A DNA stretch of 64,000 bases from Candidatus Binatia bacterium (GTDB lineage Bacteria > Desulfobacterota > Binatia > Bin18), in contig JAJDZM010000072.1 of the NCBI GenBank assembly GCA_022824615.1, positions 18,343-82,342 on the forward strand, in the 5' to 3' direction. How positions within the stretch are numbered: position 1 is the first letter of the stretch; each line of letters begins with the position of its first letter. The translations under genes were made by a program, and so were the position numbers. The notes beneath the pieces were generated by a model. That model saw nothing but the letters and a program-made list of their open reading frames with translations, ran no database searches and was not told where the DNA came from. This document shows, in pieces, positions 1-9,460 of this stretch.

Positions 1-2842
1 GAACCTCTTCCCCTGTATCGAGGCGAAAGGGAACGGATTGGACCGGAAAAAATTCTGTGGCCGTCTTTTCCTGTTCCTCTGTCCCGATGCCAAAAAACGT
101 CTCAAATGCCGCTGGACAAAAACCGCGTACCGTTTGGCGCTCGCGCTGGAGAAAGGCGCGCAAACGCCGCCGCAGGTTTTCGCGCTCAAACTCCCAGAGC
201 AGGGGTAGTCCGACTGGCCGTGTCTGCGCAAACGCCGCAAAATGCTCCTCCGCTATCTGGGTAAGCAGTCGCCGCTCGTCATCAATCCGTTGTGTAGAGA
301 GGGGCAATTGGTCGGTCTGTTGAAGACGAGAGAAGAACTCGTACAGGATGGCATGCACCAACACACCCCGGTCGCGCGGCAGGAGGGCAAGAATCTGTTC
401 CGGTTCTTCCCACGGCTTGAGCGCCAGCACGGTCTCCAGAAAATATCGAAACGGACAGCGGGCGTATGTTTCCAGGCCGCTCGCCGACAAATACAATCCC
501 TGCGGAAAGAGGTGCTGACGCAGCGTGTCTTTGATGCTCTCCGCCTGCATACAGCCGTCAAAGGCCGTGAGGTGCGGATGCTCCCAACGGTGTACCATCG
601 CCCGCGCGGCAGGAGCAAAGAACGGCATCGTTTGTAGGCCGGGCTGGACAGTACTGTGATTGACGTGAGGAGCGTGGGTAAACGCATAGGCCAGGTGGAA
701 CTCCAGCGCGTCCACCGCATGCCGGGTGCTCTGTGCGTATCCTTCAGTCGCCGATACCCACCGGCTCCGGTGTTGCAGGTCTGCCAGTGTGGCCTGGCGG
801 CTACACAGCACACTGACCGTCTGTAAGAGGAGCATAGCGGGCGAGCGAGCGGCTCCCTGGACAGTGCGTGGATAGCTCAGACATAACACCTCCTGCGCAC
901 TCTGGGTCGCCAGCAGGAAAAGGAGCTGTTGGCGTTCAACCGCTTGGCGGCGGGCGGGCACGTCCAGGGTCAGCACTTCGGCCAGATGCTGGCGCTCGGC
1001 ATCGGACAAAATAGGGTCCTGAGCAGGGAAGTGAGTCACAGACTCTTGCGTAAGACCCGGTATGATGACCGCTCGAAAGCGAAGACCGGGTGCATGAGTC
1101 ATATCGCCAAGAAAGACGCCGGTCGTGTGTGTTTTTCGGAGTCGCACCTTTCCCCAGGAAAGACAGGTCAGCACCGCCTCAACCCATTCCTCGGGCCGAG
1201 TTGTTTCAGCCAAGAACGGGGAGAGACTCCGGAGGGTCTCTATCATATTCAGACCATGCTCACCTGTACCTTCTTGGTCCGGTTCCTCGTCACCCCACGA
1301 GGCTCCGCCGGACACATAATCCCCATACATCCGCAGGAAGTGGGCCAGCCAGTCTTCCCAGGTCTGTTGGCCTTGAACCCGTCCTACATCCGCCAGCAGA
1401 CGGTCCATAAATCTGACAAATAAACGGAGAGCAGGTGCGAGCTGTTCGGCTTGCTCCTCTGGTGTGTCTTGGTAGCGCGCTTCCAGGGCGGCGAGTCGAG
1501 CGCGCCATTCCTGGCCGCCGCGTCCTATTCCAGCCTCCAGACAGAGGGCTTCCCACTGGGCAATATGCGCCTCCGAAACGGTTTCCCCAATAAGATCTGG
1601 AAATGGAGGGCGGGCCAGCCTGAGAAAGGCGAACAGACGCTGCCGCGAACAGTCTTCTGACAAGAGGTAGCACAGCGCCTGCGCGGCTTTTCCCCGTCGC
1701 GTGGCCAGCACGGGCCACTCCCCGACAAAGGTACACGGAATCCCGAGGCGGGAGAGCGTCTCCAGCAGCAACGGACCATAGGTGTTCGGTTCGGTGAGGA
1801 GCACGCCAATCTCATCAAAGGTATAGCCCTGTTCCCGGACCAGCGAAAAGATCGTGCGTGCAATTTCGCGTGCCTCCTGGGTTTGATCTGGTGCGGAAAG
1901 GATGTGAAGACCTGTCCTGAGCCCAGTCGAAGGGGAGGCATCCGGGAGCGTTGAGACCGGCTGCTGGGGCGGTTCCCCGGCGCGTTCAAAAAGCCAGGTT
2001 TGGACCCGAGCAAGTGAACAGGATGGAGCCTGTGGATGGGCTAATGGAGATGACTGAAAGCCGAGCCCGTTGAGCCAGCTCAATGTGGGAGTCACGGCTT
2101 CGTAGGCCGAACCATCTCGCCAGGGAAGAAAGACCAGAGTATCTCTCTTTGCGAAAAGCGTTTCCAGAAAACGCCGCTGTTGTGCGGTATACTCAAGACC
2201 GCCGTACACAAGGAGTGGCTCGTCACTTGGGGTCTGGACGGTGAACAGACTCGCGTCATCAACGAGCCGCCGTTCGTCTAAGTACGCTTCATACCGTGTA
2301 TAGAAGTCCAGCAAATGTCGTATTTTCTCTCGATACAATACGTCCCGCGAAGGAATCCGGGTATACAACACGCGCAGATGATGGGGCTGAACACCCGCCT
2401 GCTTGAGGTCTGACAGCGTCTCGCTCAGGAACTGGGGAAACCGGGGCTGGCGGGCGAGTTCCTGAAATAAAGAGGAAACGTGTCCAGCTTTTCTGTCTGA
2501 TTGGAGGATACGTTTCCTCTTTCCGGCCAGGTCTTGTTCCAGCAAGAGGTATTTTACGAGAAATGGCACCGACGCGGCTGAGACCCGGCGTTTCCCTTCT
2601 TGTCTCAGTCGTGCTTCGGTCAGGTGTGCGGCATAGTCGATCAGCGTCGTAAACCGCAGGCCGATATGCCCGTCACCCGCTCTGGCAATGGCGGTGCTGA
2701 GCTGCGTCCCGATGATATCACTGGGAATAATAATCGTGAGCGAGGCCAGTGGGTCGGCCGCTTTCAGCGTGTGGACAGCGGCAATGAGCGCCTCTTGCAG
2801 GACGGCAAGCGAGTCGGAGAGAAATACTCGCTTTTGAGACAT
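1..2842 (-). CDS. AddB-like helicase/nuclease subunit (PD-(D/E)XK nuclease family); C-terminus runs off the window
   Basis: Absent from the ORF track because it has no stop codon inside the window. Manual reverse-strand translation from the ATG at 2842 (MSQKRVFLSDSLAVLQEAL...) stays open down to position 2 (about 947 codons). Near the window edge it carries a RecB/AddB-type nuclease signature (...SASGLETYARCPFRYFLETVLALKPWEEPE...). Confidence 0.6.
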   Translation of the reverse strand, partial: MSQKRVFLSDSLAVLQEALIAAVHTLKAADPLASLTIIIPSDIIGTQLSTAIARAGDGHIGLRFTTLIDYAAHLTEARLRQEGKRRVSAASVPFLVKYLLLEQDLAGKRKRILQSDRKAGHVSSLFQELARQPRFPQFLSETLSDLKQAGVQPHHLRVLYTRIPSRDVLYREKIRHLLDFYTRYEAYLDERRLVDDASLFTVQTPSDEPLLVYGGLEYTAQQRRFLETLFAKRDTLVFLPWRDGSAYEAVTPTLSWLNGLGFQSSPLAHPQAPSCSLARVQTWLFERAGEPPQQPVSTLPDASPSTGLRTGLHILSAPDQTQEAREIARTIFSLVREQGYTFDEIGVLLTEPNTYGPLLLETLSRLGIPCTFVGEWPVLATRRGKAAQALCYLLSEDCSRQRLFAFLRLARPPFPDLIGETVSEAHIAQWEALCLEAGIGRGGQEWRARLAALEARYQDTPEEQAEQLAPALRLFVRFMDRLLADVGRVQGQQTWEDWLAHFLRMYGDYVSGGASWGDEEPDQEGTGEHGLNMIETLRSLSPFLAETTRPEEWVEAVLTCLSWGKVRLRKTHTTGVFLGDMTHAPGLRFRAVIIPGLTQESVTHFPAQDPILSDAERQHLAEVLTLDVPARRQAVERQQLLFLLATQSAQEVLCLSYPRTVQGAARSPAMLLLQTVSVLCSRQATLADLQHRSRWVSATEGYAQSTRHAVDALEFHLAYAFTHAPHVNHSTVQPGLQTMPFFAPAARAMVHRWEHPHLTAFDGCMQAESIKDTLRQHLFPQGLYLSASGLETYARCPFRYFLETVLALKPWEEPEQILALLPRDRGVLVHAILYEFFSRLQQTDQLPLSTQRIDDERRLLTQIAEEHFAAFAQTRPVGLPLLWEFERENLRRRLRAFLQRERQTVRGFCPAAFETFFGIGTEEQEKTATEFFPVQSVPFRLDTGEEV

Positions 2843-3025
2843 ACTTACTTGCTTATGGGGCGGGTCGGGTTTTTGCAAGCGTTGTCTGGAGAGGTATCCT
2901 TCCCTATAAGCGGGGGCGCTGTCTGGGAAGCGGGCAATAATGGGTGTGGCGGAGCAATACTTCTCCAGCCATCTCTGAGAGAAGAGGCTCCTCCGCGCGC
3001 TCCTGCTCGTATCGCTGGAAGAGTC

Positions 3026-4393
3026 CTAGCGCTTGAACAGCACGACTTCGAGCGTTTTATCGCTATAGCGATGCTTGAAGCTCGATATCGTTCCCTTCAT
3101 ATCAATGCGTTTATTAAAGTCAGGGGGAAAGGCGGACGATACTGCGGCGAGTGTACGGATATCAGGGTCATCGACGCTGCCGCGGACAAAGAAATTCCCG
3201 TCTTTCAGAGAGAGCGTATACTCGTAGTCCGGCATTTCATCGCCAATTCCCATTTCCCGCTTGGCAGCGGAAACCGGGATACGACGCGGGAATTCCATAC
3301 GCAGGAGATAGGCGTTGCCCTGTTCTTCGACCGTATACCGCTCGCCGTAGCGACGCGACCGCTCGGTCTTTTCATCAAACTCCGGCGTGTAATAGCCCTC
3401 AATCGGCTGGTCGCCCTTATCCGGCGTCCGCCCGCCGGAAACCCCGAGAAAAGGGGCCATCGCCGGAGCAAGGGGGAGGCCGTAGAAGGTTCCACGCAGC
3501 GGAGTTTCTTCGGTTGGAACACCCTGAAAGAAAGACTCGCGCAGGCGGATGAGGGTTTCGACCGAGGCAATCAGAACACCAAGAAAGATAAATTTATTCG
3601 CCGCCTGACTGAAGAGTTCTCCCCCTAAAACAGCACTATAAACGGCCAGGAGAATAATCGGATACAGGACCATATTGAAAAGGATATTCAGGCTGGTCGC
3701 CGTCCCGACATGAAAATAGCGCGTATCGCCGATCGCTTGCTCCAGGGCGCGCTTGGTTGAGAGCGGCAGCGCGCCCAGGATGGGCTGAGCCGAGGCCAGG
3801 AGCGTCCCCAGAATTGAATGGTTTTGTGCCTGCTGGACGCGGGCCAGGGCCTGGGCGTAGGTGCCTGCCAGTTCGCCTTCAAAGACCTTTTCCTCCACAA
3901 CCTTTTTGGGCGCAACCGGCTTGGGTGTCGGCGCCGTAACTGCTGGCGCTACAGCGACGGGGGCCGCCGGAGCAGCGGCTGGAGCCGGGGCGGCCGCCGG
4001 AGCAGCAGGCTCCGCCGCGCCGTTCGCTGCCGGAGCCTCAGCCGGGGCCGCCTCTCCGCCTTCCCCTTTGAAGCGTGAGGGAAAATCATCCCCAAAGGTC
4101 TGCTCGGGATGGAGCTCCTTGGCCCGCGCCAGTAACGCCTCTTCGGTCTCAACGATGTCCGGGTTGGGCAGGCAGCAGTCGACCGGACAGACGGCCGCAC
4201 ACGCTTCCTGGTCGAAAAAGCCCACGCACTCCGTGCATTTATCCGGCACGATATAGAAAATATCGTCATCGATGGCCGGATGCGTGGCGCCGTTAAAGTC
4301 CCACTCCACGCCCCCCTGATAGATGGCGGTATTGGGACACTCGGGCTCACACGCCCCGCAGTTGATACAGTCCTCAGTGATCATCGTCGCCAT
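3026..4393 (-). CDS. YfhL-type 2x[4Fe-4S] ferredoxin domain fused to an Ala/Pro-rich linker, hydrophobic segments and a C-terminal Hsp20/alpha-crystallin-like domain
   Basis: 455-aa ORF with an AAGGAG RBS upstream of the ATG. N-terminus: ITEDCINCGACEPECPNTAIY...DKCTECVGFFDQEACAAVCPVDCC (two Cys clusters, YfhL-like). AP-rich stretch around codons 115-160. Hydrophobic helices (LNILFNMVLYPIILLAVYSAVLGG, FIFLGVLIASV). C-terminus YTVEEQGNAYLLRMEFP...TLEVVLFKR resembles an alpha-crystallin domain. Confidence 0.75.
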   Translation of the reverse strand: MATMITEDCINCGACEPECPNTAIYQGGVEWDFNGATHPAIDDDIFYIVPDKCTECVGFFDQEACAAVCPVDCCLPNPDIVETEEALLARAKELHPEQTFGDDFPSRFKGEGGEAAPAEAPAANGAAEPAAPAAAPAPAAAPAAPVAVAPAVTAPTPKPVAPKKVVEEKVFEGELAGTYAQALARVQQAQNHSILGTLLASAQPILGALPLSTKRALEQAIGDTRYFHVGTATSLNILFNMVLYPIILLAVYSAVLGGELFSQAANKFIFLGVLIASVETLIRLRESFFQGVPTEETPLRGTFYGLPLAPAMAPFLGVSGGRTPDKGDQPIEGYYTPEFDEKTERSRRYGERYTVEEQGNAYLLRMEFPRRIPVSAAKREMGIGDEMPDYEYTLSLKDGNFFVRGSVDDPDIRTLAAVSSAFPPDFNKRIDMKGTISSFKHRYSDKTLEVVLFKR

Positions 4394-4503
4394 ACTGAAC
4401 GGTTCTCCTTCTGCAAGCGGGTCGGTAGCTGTAGTGTATCAGCCCTTCATCTAACGGGTTTCCCCTGTTCGGTCAACGCGACCGGGCTCTCCTTGATGGT
4501 GTA

Positions 4504-4532
4504 TTGACAGAGATGGATTGCCAACCTAGTGT
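4504..4532 (+). promoter_or_regulatory. Candidate sigma70-type promoter for comEA (TTGACA-17 nt-TAGTGT)
   Basis: TTGACA at 4504-4509 and TAGTGT at 4527-4532, about 35 nt upstream of the comEA start. The -10 element is weak. Confidence 0.25.
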
Positions 4533-4565
4533 ATCTTCCTATCCTAATTCTTGTCAGGAGGAAGC

Positions 4566-4937
4566 ATGAAACAGAGATTTCTTTGGTTAGCGTTCGGAGT
4601 TTTTGCGGCCGGCTGTTTGATGGGGACGCCCGTCTGGGCGGATCACCATGAGGCGGCTGAAGCCGCTGGGAAGATGGCTGAGGCGGCTGAGACGGCGGCT
4701 TCAGCCGCTGAGGAACAAATGCCTGAAGCGGCCGGGCCGATTGACATCAACACGGCGGACGCTGCCGCCTTGCAGACTCTGCCCGGTATCGGGGAAACAA
4801 AAGCTGCGGCCATTATTGCCCATCGCGACGCAAACGGTCCGTTTGCGACTGTCGACGATCTGAAAAATGTCAAGGGCATTGGTGAGAAGACGCTTGAAAA
4901 GCTGAAAGAGAAAATCAGCGTAGGGGCCAGCGAATAA
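4566..4937 (+). CDS. comEA: ComEA-family competence protein (signal/anchor plus helix-hairpin-helix DNA-binding domain)
   Basis: INTADAAALQTLPGIGETKAAAIIAHRDANGPFATVDDLKNVKGIGEKTLEKLK is a classic ComEA HhH module. The ATG at 4566 is preceded by AGGAGGA; the ORF track start at 4551 is probably too far upstream. Confidence 0.85.
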   Translation: MKQRFLWLAFGVFAAGCLMGTPVWADHHEAAEAAGKMAEAAETAASAAEEQMPEAAGPIDINTADAAALQTLPGIGETKAAAIIAHRDANGPFATVDDLKNVKGIGEKTLEKLKEKISVGASE

Positions 4938-4983
4938 CCGGCGACGCCTGCGACGGAATAGCGACGCAGGTGAACAATGCTGT

Positions 4984-5016
4984 CAGGGCGGCCTTCGGGG
5001 TCGCCCTTCTTTTTTG
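4984..5016 (+). terminator. Rho-independent terminator after comEA
   Basis: Stem AGGGCGGCC / GGTCGCCCT (one mismatch) with loop ttcgg, followed by TCTTTTTT. Confidence 0.7.
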
Positions 5017-5025
5017 AGGATTCGT

Positions 5026-6897
5026 GTGGCGCACGCGCACTCTTTCTCCCGTAACGCCGAACTCGAAGCCAAGCTGACCACCCTGCCAACCAGTCCCGGC
5101 GTCTATAAGTTCACGGATCACACCGGCACCGTGATCTATGTCGGGAAAGCGAACAATCTGCGCGCCCGGGTCAGACAATACGCCCGTGGCGGGGACGGTC
5201 GCGCGCAAATCCGTTTTCTCCTCGCCCAACTGACCGATGTCGAGGTCATTGTTACCCAAACCGAAAAAGAGGCGTTGCTGCTCGAAGACACCCTGATCAA
5301 GCAATTCCGGCCTCGGTATAATATCCGGCTCAAGGACAATACCTCCTATTGGCACGTGAAGGTCACCCCGCACGACCAGTGGCCGCGCCTCCTCCTGACC
5401 CGCCAGATTGCGAAGGACGGCAGTAAATATCTGGGACCGTTCCACTCCAGCACGGCGGTCCAGGAGACCTTGGAAATCATTCGCAGAGTCTTTCCCCTGC
5501 GGACCTGTACCGATACTGTCTTTCGCAACCGTACCAGGCCGTGCCTGGAATATCAGATCAAGCGCTGCCTCGGGCCCTGTACCCTGCCGGTCGACCCGGG
5601 CGACTACCAGCACCAACTGAAAAATGCCCTGCTGCTGCTTGAAGGCAAAAGCACCCAACTGATAGACCGTCTCACCCGACAGATGAACGAGGCCGCCGAT
5701 GCCTTGCGTTTTGAAGAAGCCGCCCGGCTACGGGATCAAATCCAGGCCATGACAAAAACCGCGGAGAAGCAGCAGGTCGCCACCCCCCTGGGGAACGACC
5801 AGGACGTGTTCGGCCTGTATCGCGAAGGCGGGCTGATTGAAGGACAGGTCCTGTTTGTGCGCGGCGGGAAACTGGTCGGCAACCTGGCCTATAGCTTTAC
5901 TGACAATGAGTTTCCCGACGCCGAGGTCGTGGCTGAATTCCTGAGCCAATTCTACCAGGGTGGTCGGTTTGTCCCCGACGAGATTCTTGTCCCCGTCGTG
6001 CTTGACGATGCCGACATCCGGGCGGAACTCTTCTCGGAACGGAAGGGGAAGAAGGTCGGCCTGCTCTGTCCCCAGCGCGGAGCCAAACTGCGGCTGGTCG
6101 CAATGGCCCAGGAAAATGCGCAGTACAGCTTTGTCGAAAAGCGGCGGGGAGAAGAACATAAGGAGAAAACACTGGAGAGCCTCCGTCGTGCGCTGCACCT
6201 GCAAAACGCGCCAAAACGGATTGAGTGTTTCGATATCTCGAATACCCAGGGCAGTCTCTCCGTCGGTTCCATGGTGGTCTTTGATGAGTGCGAGCCGGAT
6301 AAGAACCGCTATCGCCGTTTTCGTATCAAAACCGTCGAAGGGGCGGATGATTTCGGCATGATGTATGAAGTCCTCACCCGCCGCTATCAGCGCGCCTTGG
6401 CGGAACACGACCTGCCGGACCTCCTCATGGTGGACGGCGGTAAAGGCCAACTCGGCGTTGCCGTCACCGTGCTGCAAGAATTGGGCATTACCGAGGTCGA
6501 TGTCATTGGTCTGGCCAAGATGCGGACCGAGCGGGACCCGTTTGCCGAAGAAGTCGCCCATTCCTCCGAGCGCGTCTTTCTGCCCGGTCGCAAGAATCCG
6601 GTTGTTCTCAAGCCCAACGCTACGGCGCTCTTCCTCCTGCAACGTATCCGGGATGAGGCCCACCGCTTTGCCATTACCTATCACCGGAACCTGCGGGCCA
6701 AAGAGCGGCTCAGTTCGCCGCTTGAGGCAGTTGTCGGCGTTGGTCCGGCCAAACGTAAAGCGCTCTTACGCCATTTTGGCAGCCTCAAACGCGTGCGTGC
6801 CGCTGCACCCGAAGCGCTGGTCCAGGTCGCCGGGATTACCCCGACCCTCGCGGAAAAAATCCACCGGCACTTACGGGAACATCCCGCCCCGCGCTGA
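5026..6897 (+). CDS. uvrC: Excinuclease ABC subunit C
   Basis: GIY-YIG N-terminus (SPGVYKFTDHTGTVIYVGKANNLRARVRQY), UVR motif region, and C-terminal (HhH)2 region (VVGVGPAKRKALLRHFGSLKRVRAAAPEAL). The GTG at 5026 follows TGAGGA; the track start is TTG at 5014. Confidence 0.95.
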   Translation: MAHAHSFSRNAELEAKLTTLPTSPGVYKFTDHTGTVIYVGKANNLRARVRQYARGGDGRAQIRFLLAQLTDVEVIVTQTEKEALLLEDTLIKQFRPRYNIRLKDNTSYWHVKVTPHDQWPRLLLTRQIAKDGSKYLGPFHSSTAVQETLEIIRRVFPLRTCTDTVFRNRTRPCLEYQIKRCLGPCTLPVDPGDYQHQLKNALLLLEGKSTQLIDRLTRQMNEAADALRFEEAARLRDQIQAMTKTAEKQQVATPLGNDQDVFGLYREGGLIEGQVLFVRGGKLVGNLAYSFTDNEFPDAEVVAEFLSQFYQGGRFVPDEILVPVVLDDADIRAELFSERKGKKVGLLCPQRGAKLRLVAMAQENAQYSFVEKRRGEEHKEKTLESLRRALHLQNAPKRIECFDISNTQGSLSVGSMVVFDECEPDKNRYRRFRIKTVEGADDFGMMYEVLTRRYQRALAEHDLPDLLMVDGGKGQLGVAVTVLQELGITEVDVIGLAKMRTERDPFAEEVAHSSERVFLPGRKNPVVLKPNATALFLLQRIRDEAHRFAITYHRNLRAKERLSSPLEAVVGVGPAKRKALLRHFGSLKRVRAAAPEALVQVAGITPTLAEKIHRHLREHPAPR

Positions 6898-6923
6898 CGC
6901 AGTCGGCCCATCGCTCGTGCCCT

Positions 6924-9422
6924 ATGTCTCGTCAGCCGTTCCGGCAAGTGCCTCTCTCGGGTCTTCGCCTGACGAACTGGCTTGAACGGTCAATCCTCAT
7001 CCACCTCGCTCTGGTTTATCTCTTGGGCCAGGTCGGTGTCGCCTGGGGCTGGCAGGTGGCTGCTCCCCTTTGGCTGGGCGGACTGCTGACCCTCAGTGTG
7101 GCCAGCTGGGCCATAGGCGGGTTCCGCTTGGCCGTTTTGGTCAGTTCGCTGAGTGGCGCTTTCCTGGCCGGTCATCTCACCCTCCAGCGAGTCTACGCGC
7201 CCGATTTTCCCGCGCACCACCTCCGACAGCTAGCTTTGCCGCAAAAAGTTATCCTTGAAGGCTGGCTGTTCCGGGAACCGGAACGGGGTCCGGCCCGCGG
7301 CCGATTATATCTTGAGGCGCAACGCCTCTGGCAAGACGGGCAGCCACGGCCGGCAACGGGCAAGGTGCTCGTCACCGTTCGTCATCTCCAGGACCGCTGG
7401 CAGTACGGCGATGTATTGCGGCTTCCGCTCAAAATCCGTACCCCGCGCAATTTTCATACGCCGGGCAGTTTTGACTATGCGGGCTATCTGGCCCGGCGGG
7501 GTCTCTATCTCACCGCTTTTGTGTGGGATGATAAGAAAATCGAAAAGATCGAGCCGGACAACAGGACCGGTACGGGGGTACGTCATCGGCTTGAACACGT
7601 TCGTCGGACGGTCGGCGCATTCTTTGACGCGCAGCTTTCAACCACAGCCGCGGCCATTCTCCGCGCGCTGATTATTGGCGATAAGAGCCGGCTCGATCCG
7701 GAGTTGCGCGACAGCTTCACGCGGGTGGGCGTTGCCCATGTGCTTGCCATTTCCGGGCTCCACATCGGCTTGGTTGCAGCGCTGGCGTATGGGGCCTGGT
7801 GGTGGCTCCTGGCACGGAGTCAGTATGTACTGTTGACGTGGTCGGTACCAAAACTGGCCGCGCTCTGTACGCTGCCGGTCGTACTGCTGTACGCCGGACT
7901 TGCAGGCGGTAGTGTTTCGACCTTGCGCGCGGTCATTATGGTGACGGTTTTTCTCACCGCGCTGCTGCTTGACCAAAAAGAGGAGGTCTTCCGCAGCCTT
8001 GCCCTTGCCGCCCTGGTCGTGTCGCTCATCTGGCCGGGAGCCGTCTTTGATGTGTCTTTTCAGCTTTCCTTTGTCGCTGTCCTGTCTATTTTTCTTGGTC
8101 TGTACCGTTTTCAATCCTGGTGGGATAATCGGGACGAAACGCGTGCGGTCCACCTCTCCCCGTGGCGGCGGCGACTCCGGCGCTGGGCGGTCCTCTATGG
8201 CCTGGTTTCTTTGAGTGCGACAGTTGGGACGCTCCCGCTCGTTGCGACCCATTTTCATACCGTCCCGCTGGTTGGACTTGCGGCCAACCTGCTGCTGGTG
8301 CCTTTCCTGGGGAGTGCCGCTGTAGTGCTGGGCCTGGCTACGGCCGCGCTGGTGTTTATTCATACGGGCGCTGCGACTCTGGTCGTGTGGTGTGCCGGAG
8401 TCGTGACCTCGCTCGGGGTGTGGATGGTCGAAGCTATTGCCACCTTGCCCTTTGCCGCCGCTCACTTTGTGACCCCCACGCTTTTTGAACTTGTTCTGTT
8501 TTATACCTTCTGCGTTTTCCTCCTGTTCGCCGCCCGCCTCCAGCCATCCGGGCTGCGACGGGCCTTTTTCTCCTGCCTGTTCGGCCTGATGCTCTGTGAC
8601 GGCCTGTACTGGCTGACGCAGCGTTATTTCCAGACGGACCTGCGGGTCTCTTTTCTCGATGTCGGACAGGGTGATGCGGCCGTGGTCGAGTTTCCCGGCT
8701 CCCACGTCATGGTCATCGACGCAGGCGGATTCATGAGTCAGACGTTTGATTCGGGTCGGGCTATCGTTGCGCCTTTCGTGTGGCAGCAGAAAATCGGACG
8801 CATAGACACGCTGGTCCTCAGCCACCCCAATCTTGACCACTATGGCGGGCTGGAGTTTCTGGCCGAGCACTTTGGCGTCACGGCCTTCTGGTTCAACGGT
8901 GAAGAGCGGCCGGATAGTCAGCGCTTCCAGCGGTTGATGGCGACGTTGCAAGAGAACGACATCCAGACCCACACCTTGTGTAGTGATACGCCGGACCGGG
9001 AAATCGGCGGAGTGCAGATCCACATCCTGCACCCTCCCTGTGGCCAGACCGGACTGGATACAAACGACGCCTCTCTCGTGCTCCGTCTCAGTCACGGGGA
9101 GGTGGATATGCTGTTTTCCGGGGATGTTGAGGCCGCGGGGGAGGACAGTCTGCTTGCGACACCGGTCCAGCTTGAGAGCGAGATTCTCAAAGTCCCCCAT
9201 CACGGCAGCCGCAGTTCAAGTACTCAGCCCTTTCTCGAATCCGTGTCCCCTCAGGTCGCGGTCGCCTCGCTCGGCTATCGAAACCGCTTTCGTTTTCCAG
9301 CTCCAGAGGTGGTGGACCGCTATGAACGGCAGGGCACGGCATTCCTCAGAACGGACCAGGCGGGGACGATAACGGTGCGGAGCGACGGGAAGCGTTATCG
9401 GGTTGAGACCTTCTTGCCGTAG
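6924..9422 (+). CDS. comEC: ComEC/Rec2 DNA internalization competence protein with C-terminal metallo-beta-lactamase domain
   Basis: 832 aa and polytopic. Competence-domain motif GVAHVLAISGLHIG, and MBL motifs (FLDVGQGDAAVV...LSHPNLDHYGG...VPHHGS). Confidence 0.9.
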   Translation: MSRQPFRQVPLSGLRLTNWLERSILIHLALVYLLGQVGVAWGWQVAAPLWLGGLLTLSVASWAIGGFRLAVLVSSLSGAFLAGHLTLQRVYAPDFPAHHLRQLALPQKVILEGWLFREPERGPARGRLYLEAQRLWQDGQPRPATGKVLVTVRHLQDRWQYGDVLRLPLKIRTPRNFHTPGSFDYAGYLARRGLYLTAFVWDDKKIEKIEPDNRTGTGVRHRLEHVRRTVGAFFDAQLSTTAAAILRALIIGDKSRLDPELRDSFTRVGVAHVLAISGLHIGLVAALAYGAWWWLLARSQYVLLTWSVPKLAALCTLPVVLLYAGLAGGSVSTLRAVIMVTVFLTALLLDQKEEVFRSLALAALVVSLIWPGAVFDVSFQLSFVAVLSIFLGLYRFQSWWDNRDETRAVHLSPWRRRLRRWAVLYGLVSLSATVGTLPLVATHFHTVPLVGLAANLLLVPFLGSAAVVLGLATAALVFIHTGAATLVVWCAGVVTSLGVWMVEAIATLPFAAAHFVTPTLFELVLFYTFCVFLLFAARLQPSGLRRAFFSCLFGLMLCDGLYWLTQRYFQTDLRVSFLDVGQGDAAVVEFPGSHVMVIDAGGFMSQTFDSGRAIVAPFVWQQKIGRIDTLVLSHPNLDHYGGLEFLAEHFGVTAFWFNGEERPDSQRFQRLMATLQENDIQTHTLCSDTPDREIGGVQIHILHPPCGQTGLDTNDASLVLRLSHGEVDMLFSGDVEAAGEDSLLATPVQLESEILKVPHHGSRSSSTQPFLESVSPQVAVASLGYRNRFRFPAPEVVDRYERQGTAFLRTDQAGTITVRSDGKRYRVETFLP

Positions 9423-9460
9423 TGAAGTCGCCAGACGGATTGCTCCAGGTACGAGCATCA

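Noticed and set aside
2843-3028. The ferredoxin-fusion gene and the AddB-like gene are in the same reverse frame, separated by a single TAG and 61 stop-free codons; I considered stop-codon readthrough or a fused gene
   Set aside because: The spacer translation has no protein-like features. There is a plausible ATG for the AddB-like gene at 2842, and a stop-free 61-codon run is not unusual in high-GC DNA.
2600-3628. 342-aa + strand ORF spanning the addB-like start, the intergenic region and the ferredoxin-fusion 3' end
   Set aside because: It overlaps two well-supported reverse-strand genes, has no recognisable motifs and has Arg/Gly-rich composition. It is a typical shadow ORF of high-GC DNA.
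7638-9203. 521-aa reverse-strand ORF inside comEC. Similar long antisense or off-frame ORFs occur elsewhere (5728-6684, 17230-18099, 22543-23370, 24074-24967, 40210-40971, 41427-42332, 50309-51067, 52411-53142)
   Set aside because: All lie entirely within strongly supported genes on the other strand or in another frame. They are rich in R/G/P/Q low-complexity sequence. They are high-GC shadow ORFs.
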